From contig OZ241863.1 in assembly GCA_965203055.1 (NCBI GenBank), forward strand, positions 2,144,001-2,208,000: 64,000 bases of DNA. Direction: 5' to 3'. The translations under genes and the position numbers were made by a program. Source of the DNA: Spirochaetia bacterium. GTDB taxonomy: Bacteria > Spirochaetota > Spirochaetia > SZUA-6 > Bin103. Under the pieces are notes generated by a model. The model ran no database searches. It saw only the letters and a program-made list of their open reading frames with translations, and was not told the DNA's origin. This document shows, piece after piece, positions 58,295 through 64,000 of this stretch (its first letter is position 1; each line of letters starts with the position of its first letter).

Positions 58295-60174
58295 TGGCGG
58301 ACAGCGGCCGACCGGCGCGCGGCGGCACCCTCGACCGCTCCGAGCTGGACCGGGTAACGGTGCGCTTCGCCGGCGACTCCGGGGACGGCCTGCAAGTGGT
58401 CGGGGCGCAGTTGACCAACGTCTCGGCGGCGTTCGGCAACGATCTGTCGACCCTGCCCGACTACCCGGCGGAAATCCGCGCTCCGGCGGGGACCTTGCCG
58501 GGGGTGAGCGCGTTTCAGATCAGCTTCGCCAGCGAGGACATTCACACCCCCGGCGACGCCCCGGACGTGCTGGTGGCGCTCAATCCGGCGGCGCTCAAGG
58601 CCAACCTGCCGGACATTCCCAGCGGCGGCACCCTGATCATCAACGAGGACGCCTTCACTGCCCAGGGTCTCAACAAGGCGGGCTACGACGGCAACCCGCT
58701 CGACGACGCCTCCCTGAGCAGCTACCGCGTGATCAGGCTGCCGATCACCTCGCAGAACGAGAAGGCGCTCGACCACCTCGGTCTGAGCCCGCGCCAGGCC
58801 GGGCGTTCCAAGAACTTCTACGCGCTCGGCATCATCTATTGGCTCTACGATCGTCCCGCGGAGCCCACCCTGCGCTGGTTCGAGCAGAAGTGGGGTTCGC
58901 GCCCGCAGGTGGTCGCCGCCAACAGCGCGGCGCTGAAGGCCGGCTACTCGTTCGCCGATACCACCGAACTGTTCACCTCCGCGTACCGCGTGCCGCCGGC
59001 CGCGCTCCCGCCCGGCACCTACCGCAACATCACCGGCAATCAGGCCACGGCGCTCGGCTTCATAACCGCGGCCCATCTCGCCGGCCGGCCATTGTTCTAC
59101 GCCAGCTACCCGATCACCCCGGCCAGCACGGTGCTGCATGAGCTGGCGCACCACCGCAACCTGGGCATCGTCACCTTCCAGGCGGAGGACGAAATCGCGG
59201 CGATCGGCGCGGCCATCGGGGCCGCGTTCGGCGGGTCGCTGGCGTTGACCGGTACCAGCGGTCCGGGGCTGGCGTTGAAGAGCGAGGCGCTGGGGCTGGC
59301 GGTGGTGGTGGAGCTGCCGCTGGTGGTGATCGACGTGCAGCGCGCCGGCCCCTCCACCGGCATGCCCACCAAGACCGAGCAGGCGGATCTGCTGCAGGCC
59401 ATGTTCGGCCGCAACGGCGAGGCGCCGGTGGCCGTCGTCGCCCCGGCCACGCCCGGCGACTGCTTCGCCATGGCACTGGAGGCATTCCGCATCGCGGTCA
59501 CCCACATGACCCCGGTGCTGTATCTCTCCGACGGCTACCTGGCGAACGGCTCCGAGCCGTGGCGCATCCCGGCGCTGGATGACCTGCCGTCGATACCGGT
59601 GCGGTTCCACACCGACCCGGCGGGGTTCCAGCCCTACGCGCGCGACCCGCGCACCCTGGCCCGCCCGTGGGCGATTCCCGGCAGCGCGGGACTGGAGCAC
59701 CGGGTCGGGGGGCTGGCGAAGGAGGACGTCACCGGCGACGTCAGCTACGACCCGGAGAACAACGAACGCATGGTGCGGCTGCGGGCGCGCAAGATCGCCG
59801 GCATCGCGGCCGGCATTCCGCCGGTGGAGGTGCGCGGCCCGGACCGCGGCCGGCTGCTGGTGCTCGGCTGGGGCAGCACCAGCGGCGCCATCACCACCGC
59901 CTGCGAAAAGCTGCGCGAGCAGGGCGTGGCGGTGTCCAACGCCCACCTGCGACACCTGAATCCGTTTCCGTCCAACCTGGGCGCGGTGCTGCAACGGTTC
60001 GAGCAGGTGCTGATCCCGGAGTTGAACCTGGGCCAGCTTCGCATGCTCATCGCCGACGCCTATGGCGTCAATGCCCGGCGCCTCTCCAAGCTGCAGGGCA
60101 AGCCGTTCCTGGTGCGCGAGGTGCAGGCCGCCATCGTCGAGGAACTGGCGAGGATCGACCATCATGCCAACTGA
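58291..60174 (+). CDS. korA: 2-oxoacid:acceptor oxidoreductase alpha subunit
   Basis: AGDSGDG, YPAEIRAP, YPITP, QAEDE, QRAGPSTG. Confidence 0.92.
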   Translation: MMADSGRPARGGTLDRSELDRVTVRFAGDSGDGLQVVGAQLTNVSAAFGNDLSTLPDYPAEIRAPAGTLPGVSAFQISFASEDIHTPGDAPDVLVALNPAALKANLPDIPSGGTLIINEDAFTAQGLNKAGYDGNPLDDASLSSYRVIRLPITSQNEKALDHLGLSPRQAGRSKNFYALGIIYWLYDRPAEPTLRWFEQKWGSRPQVVAANSAALKAGYSFADTTELFTSAYRVPPAALPPGTYRNITGNQATALGFITAAHLAGRPLFYASYPITPASTVLHELAHHRNLGIVTFQAEDEIAAIGAAIGAAFGGSLALTGTSGPGLALKSEALGLAVVVELPLVVIDVQRAGPSTGMPTKTEQADLLQAMFGRNGEAPVAVVAPATPGDCFAMALEAFRIAVTHMTPVLYLSDGYLANGSEPWRIPALDDLPSIPVRFHTDPAGFQPYARDPRTLARPWAIPGSAGLEHRVGGLAKEDVTGDVSYDPENNERMVRLRARKIAGIAAGIPPVEVRGPDRGRLLVLGWGSTSGAITTACEKLREQGVAVSNAHLRHLNPFPSNLGAVLQRFEQVLIPELNLGQLRMLIADAYGVNARRLSKLQGKPFLVREVQAAIVEELARIDHHAN

Positions 60175-61210
60175 TACCGTAGCGACCGCTACCACGGCGG
60201 GGCCGGGCGCGGCGCGCCAGCCCCTGACGCGCAAGGACTTCGTCTCCGGCCAGGAGGTCCGCTGGTGCCCCGGGTGCGGCGACTACGCGATTCTGGCGCA
60301 GGCGCAACGGGTGCTGCCGGAGCTGGGCGTGCCGCGCGAGAACATCGTCTTCATCAGCGGCATCGGCTGCTCGAGCCGCTTCCCCTACTACATGGAAACC
60401 TACGGCTTCCACTCGATCCACGGCCGCGCCGCCACCCTGGCGTCGGGGCTCAAGATCACCCGCCCGGAGCTGCTGGTGTTCGTCATTACCGGCGACGGTG
60501 ACGGGCTGTCGATCGGCGGCAACCACCTGATCCACGCGCTGCGGCGCAACATGGATCTGAACATCATCCTGTTCAACAATCGGATCTACGGCCTTACCAA
60601 AGGGCAATATTCACCCACCAGCGAGGTGGGCAAGCAGACCGTCAGCTCGCCCGACGGGACCCTGGAGCTGCCGATCAGTCCGGCGCGCATCGCCCTGGCC
60701 GCGGAAGCGAGCTTCGTGGCGCGCACCGTGGCCACCGACACCAGGCATCTGACAGCGACCCTGGAGCGCGCGGCGCACCATCGCGGCGGCTGCTTCGTCG
60801 AGGTGTATCAGAACTGCAACGTGTACAACGACGGCGCCTTCGACTACTTCGCCGAACGCAGCGTGCGGGCCGAGCAGAGCATCAACCTGGAACACGGCAA
60901 GCCGTTGATCTTCGGCAAGAACCGTGACAAGGGCATCCGGCTCGACGGTCTGCGGCCGGTGATCTGCGCCGCCGACCATCCCGACCTGTTGATTCACGAC
61001 GAAAAGATTCCGAGCAACGTGCTGCCCTACGTGCTGGCCCACATGTCGCCGGCGGCCGGCGTGCCGCTGCCGCTCGGGGTGCTGCGTGCGGTGGACAAGC
61101 CCACCTACGAGGAGCGCATGGCCGGCCAGATCGAGGCCGCCCGGGAGCGGCAGGGCGACGGCGACGTGGCGGCGCTGCTGCGCGGCCCGGAGACCTGGAC
61201 CATTGGCTGA
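60164..61210 (+). CDS. korB: 2-oxoacid:ferredoxin oxidoreductase beta subunit
   Basis: WCPGCGD, SGIGCSSR, GDGD, NNRIYGLTKGQ. Confidence 0.93.
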   Translation: MPTDTVATATTAGPGAARQPLTRKDFVSGQEVRWCPGCGDYAILAQAQRVLPELGVPRENIVFISGIGCSSRFPYYMETYGFHSIHGRAATLASGLKITRPELLVFVITGDGDGLSIGGNHLIHALRRNMDLNIILFNNRIYGLTKGQYSPTSEVGKQTVSSPDGTLELPISPARIALAAEASFVARTVATDTRHLTATLERAAHHRGGCFVEVYQNCNVYNDGAFDYFAERSVRAEQSINLEHGKPLIFGKNRDKGIRLDGLRPVICAADHPDLLIHDEKIPSNVLPYVLAHMSPAAGVPLPLGVLRAVDKPTYEERMAGQIEAARERQGDGDVAALLRGPETWTIG

Positions 61211-61751
61211 CCGGACGGCCGCGGCCGCGGCGCTGGTGTGCGCCGAGTGCGGGTTCGCCAACGTGACGGAGAGCGCGGAATGCGAAGCCTGCGGCGACAG
61301 CCTGTACCGCGCGCCGCAGGCGGCGCCTCGGCACGCCGAGGACGACCACCTGCTGGCCGACCCGGTGGACGCGCTGGTCTCCGGCAGTCCGGTGTTGGTG
61401 GAGGCCGGCGCCTCGGTCGCCGCCGCCGCCGCGCTGATGCGCGAGTCGCGCCGCGGCTGCGTGCTGGTGGTGGACGCCGGCAAGGTCAGGGGAATCTTTA
61501 CCGACGGCGACCTGCTGGAACGGGTGGTCGCCGCCGGCCGGGCGCCGCGCGCGGTGACGGTCGAACAGGTGATGACCCGCGACCCGGTGGTGTTGCGCCA
61601 CGACGACAGCGTGGCCGTGGCGATCCACAAGATGGTATTGGGATCGTTTCACCACCTCCCGCTGGTCGACCCCTCCGGGCGCATCTACGCGGTAGTGTCC
61701 GAGCACGACGTCCTCAGGCATCTGCGCCGGGCAATGGAACGCCGGGAATGA
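61203..61751 (+). CDS. Zinc-ribbon + CBS-domain protein
   Basis: CAECG..N..CEACG then GIFTDGD, VMTRDP, FHHLPL. Confidence 0.85.
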   Translation: MADRTAAAAALVCAECGFANVTESAECEACGDSLYRAPQAAPRHAEDDHLLADPVDALVSGSPVLVEAGASVAAAAALMRESRRGCVLVVDAGKVRGIFTDGDLLERVVAAGRAPRAVTVEQVMTRDPVVLRHDDSVAVAIHKMVLGSFHHLPLVDPSGRIYAVVSEHDVLRHLRRAMERRE

Positions 61752-63526
61752 GGCGCGCGCCGACCCGGCCCAACGTCATCCTCATCCTTACCGACGACCA
61801 GGGATACGGCGATCTCTCCTATACCGGCAACCCGGTGCTGCGCACCCCGGCGCTGGACCGGCTGCAGGCCGAGAGCGCGCGCTTTACCGACTTCCACGTG
61901 TGCCCGGTGTGCACCCCGACGCGCGGCGAGTTGATGACCGGCCGCGACGCGCTGCGCAACGGCGCCACCTTCGTATGCATGGGCCGCTCGCTGCTGCGCG
62001 CCGACCTCCCCACCGCGGCCGACCTGTTCGCCGCCAACGGCTACCGCACCGGACACTTCGGCAAGTGGCACCTGGGCGACAACTACCCCTACCGGCCGCA
62101 GGACCGCGGCTTTCAGGAAACGATCTGGCACCCGAGCTGGGGGATCAGCTCGGCCGCGGACTACTACGGCAACGACTACTTCGACGACCGCTACCGGCAC
62201 CGCGCCGAGCTGGAGGAGTTTCGCGGCTATTGCACCGACGTGTGGTTCGAGCAGGCCGGCGCCTGGATGCGGCGCTGCCGGCGCAGCGGCGACCCGTTCT
62301 TCGCCTACCTGGCCACCAACGCGCCGCACGGTCCGCTGTGGGTTCCCGACCACTATCGCGCGCCCTACCGGGACGCGGTCGCGCGCGGCGAGGTGACCGC
62401 GAACCACGCCAGCTTCTTCGCCATGATCGCCTGCATCGACGAGAACCTGGCGCGCCTGGACTGGTTCCTGCACCAGCACGACCTGTACGACGACACCATC
62501 CTGATCTTCCTGACCGACAACGGCACCGCCTCCGGCGAGGCGGTGCACAACGCCGGGATGCGCGGCAAGAAGGCCTCGCTGTACGACGGCGGCCATCGGG
62601 TGCCCTGTCTGCTGCGCTGGCCGGCCGGCGGCATCGGCGGGCAGGGCGGCGGCCCGCGCCCGGCCCCGGCCGCCGGGCGCGCCACCACCGCCCGCGACGT
62701 GTCCGGCGTGGCGCGCGCCACCGATCTGCTGCCGACGCTGATCGACCTGTGCCAACTGCGCGTCGATCCCGGCGTGGAGTTCGACGGCGTGTCGCTGGCG
62801 GGCGCGGCGCGCGGCACCGAGGCAGCGCTGCCGGAGCGTATGACGGTGGTGCAGTACGGGCACCCCAACGAGCAGCCGGAGTTCGGCAAGAGCGGCAAGT
62901 ACGCCGCCGCGGTGCTGTGGGGCCGCTGGCGGCTGGTGCACGGCGGCGAGCTGTACGACATCGCCGCCGACCCCGGGCAGGCGCGCGACGTCGCCGCCCA
63001 ACACCCGGAGGTGGCGGCGCGCATGCGCGCTCACTACGAGGCGTGGTGGGCCGGAGTGGAGGGCAACCTGGAACGCTACCAGCCGCTCACCATCGGCGCC
63101 GCGGAGGAGAATCCGATGCGGCTGTGCAGCGCCGACTGGGCCTGGGCCTACGCCGACAACCAGCGCGACATACGCACCCCCATGACCGGCAGCGGCACTT
63201 GGCACGTGCAGGCCGCGCGGGACGGCGCCTACTCCTTTACCCTGCGCCGCTGGCCGCAGGAGTCGGGCTTGGCCATCGCCGGGCCGGCGCCGCCGTGGCG
63301 CGGCGTGGACGGCGGCTGGCCGGCCGGCAACGCGCTGCCGGCGGCCTCGGCCTGGCTGCGCGCCGGCCCGGCCGAGGAGACCCTGCCGGTGCCGGACGGC
63401 GCCGCCGAAGTGACCTTCCGGCTCCCCCTGGAACGCGGCCCGGCGCAGATCAGGAGCTGGTGGCTGGACGCCGCCGGCAACCACCTGGCCGGCGCCTTCT
63501 ACCTCACCGCCGAACGGCTGACCTGA
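61748..63526 (+). CDS. Arylsulfatase-family sulfatase
   Basis: PNVILILTDDQG, CTPTR (CxPxR), GKWHLG, TDNG. Confidence 0.94.
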   Translation: MRRAPTRPNVILILTDDQGYGDLSYTGNPVLRTPALDRLQAESARFTDFHVCPVCTPTRGELMTGRDALRNGATFVCMGRSLLRADLPTAADLFAANGYRTGHFGKWHLGDNYPYRPQDRGFQETIWHPSWGISSAADYYGNDYFDDRYRHRAELEEFRGYCTDVWFEQAGAWMRRCRRSGDPFFAYLATNAPHGPLWVPDHYRAPYRDAVARGEVTANHASFFAMIACIDENLARLDWFLHQHDLYDDTILIFLTDNGTASGEAVHNAGMRGKKASLYDGGHRVPCLLRWPAGGIGGQGGGPRPAPAAGRATTARDVSGVARATDLLPTLIDLCQLRVDPGVEFDGVSLAGAARGTEAALPERMTVVQYGHPNEQPEFGKSGKYAAAVLWGRWRLVHGGELYDIAADPGQARDVAAQHPEVAARMRAHYEAWWAGVEGNLERYQPLTIGAAEENPMRLCSADWAWAYADNQRDIRTPMTGSGTWHVQAARDGAYSFTLRRWPQESGLAIAGPAPPWRGVDGGWPAGNALPAASAWLRAGPAEETLPVPDGAAEVTFRLPLERGPAQIRSWWLDAAGNHLAGAFYLTAERLT

Positions 63527-63578
63527 GTTCCCGGCGCGCGCGGGCGGCGGCGCCCGCTGCTCTGCCGCCCTGCCCGCG

Positions 63579-64000
63579 CTACCAGTTGGTAAAGGCGCCG
63601 TCGTCGCGGGACAGCCGCGGCGGCCACTCCTGCGGGCGGAAGCGGGCGCGCTCGGCCGCCTCCAGGTCCAGGTCGACGCCGAGCCCCGGCGCGTCCGGGC
63701 AGTAGGCGAAGCCGTCCTCCCAGCCGATCTGCTGCGGAAACAGCTCGGTGGCGAAGGTGCCGGGGCGGCGCGGCATCTCCTGCACGCCGACGTTGGCCGC
63801 GGCCATGCACAGGGACACGCAGGCCGCGGCGCTCACCGGGCCGAGCGGATTGTGCGGCGCGATGTCGATGTAGTGGGTCTCCGCCCAGTGGGTGATCTTG
63901 AGCGCTTCGGTGATTCCGCCGGCGATGCACAGGTCGATCCGGGCGTAGTCGATCAGCTCCTCCTCGATCACCTCGCGGAACGGCCACTTCGACGCCCACT
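63579..64000 (-). CDS. Enolase-superfamily (galactonate dehydratase-like) enzyme, 5'-partial
   Basis: GGITEALKI, APHNPLGP, PGLGVD. Confidence 0.85.
   Translation of the reverse strand, partial: WASKWPFREVIEEELIDYARIDLCIAGGITEALKITHWAETHYIDIAPHNPLGPVSAAACVSLCMAAANVGVQEMPRRPGTFATELFPQQIGWEDGFAYCPDAPGLGVDLDLEAAERARFRPQEWPPRLSRDDGAFTNW

Overview
High-GC bacterial chromosome segment. Gene order (priA-def-fmt-PASTA; yicC-kinase-rpoZ-miaA; folP-acpS-truA) and the RpoZ sequence suggest a Spirochaetota genome, which is an inference. About 18.3-64 kb is mostly housekeeping and catabolic: LarA-like, PolX-PHP, sugar ABC transporter, enolase-superfamily enzymes, tRNA-Gly, tRNA-Glu, sucCD, degP, a coproporphyrin-type heme cluster, korAB and a sulfatase. 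About 4.9-18.3 kb is an accessory island. It contains two diverged copies of one module: sigma70 promoter, cysteine-framework lipoprotein with conserved DNA boxes and variable loops, IS3 end, conserved leader, phage-fibre-like protein. It also holds orphan cassettes of both genes, and most of it (6025-18104) is bracketed by an 84-bp inverted repeat. No reverse transcriptase or recombinase gene is visible. A separate 1.8-kb transposase-free cassette (25524-27320; 19-bp TIRs, 7-bp target duplication) carries an HNH endonuclease gene with its own promoter, and a deleted copy lies in the island. Several deletion scars are present, including a 71-bp chimera of two genes found elsewhere in the window. 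All product calls come from motif recognition by eye, not database searches.
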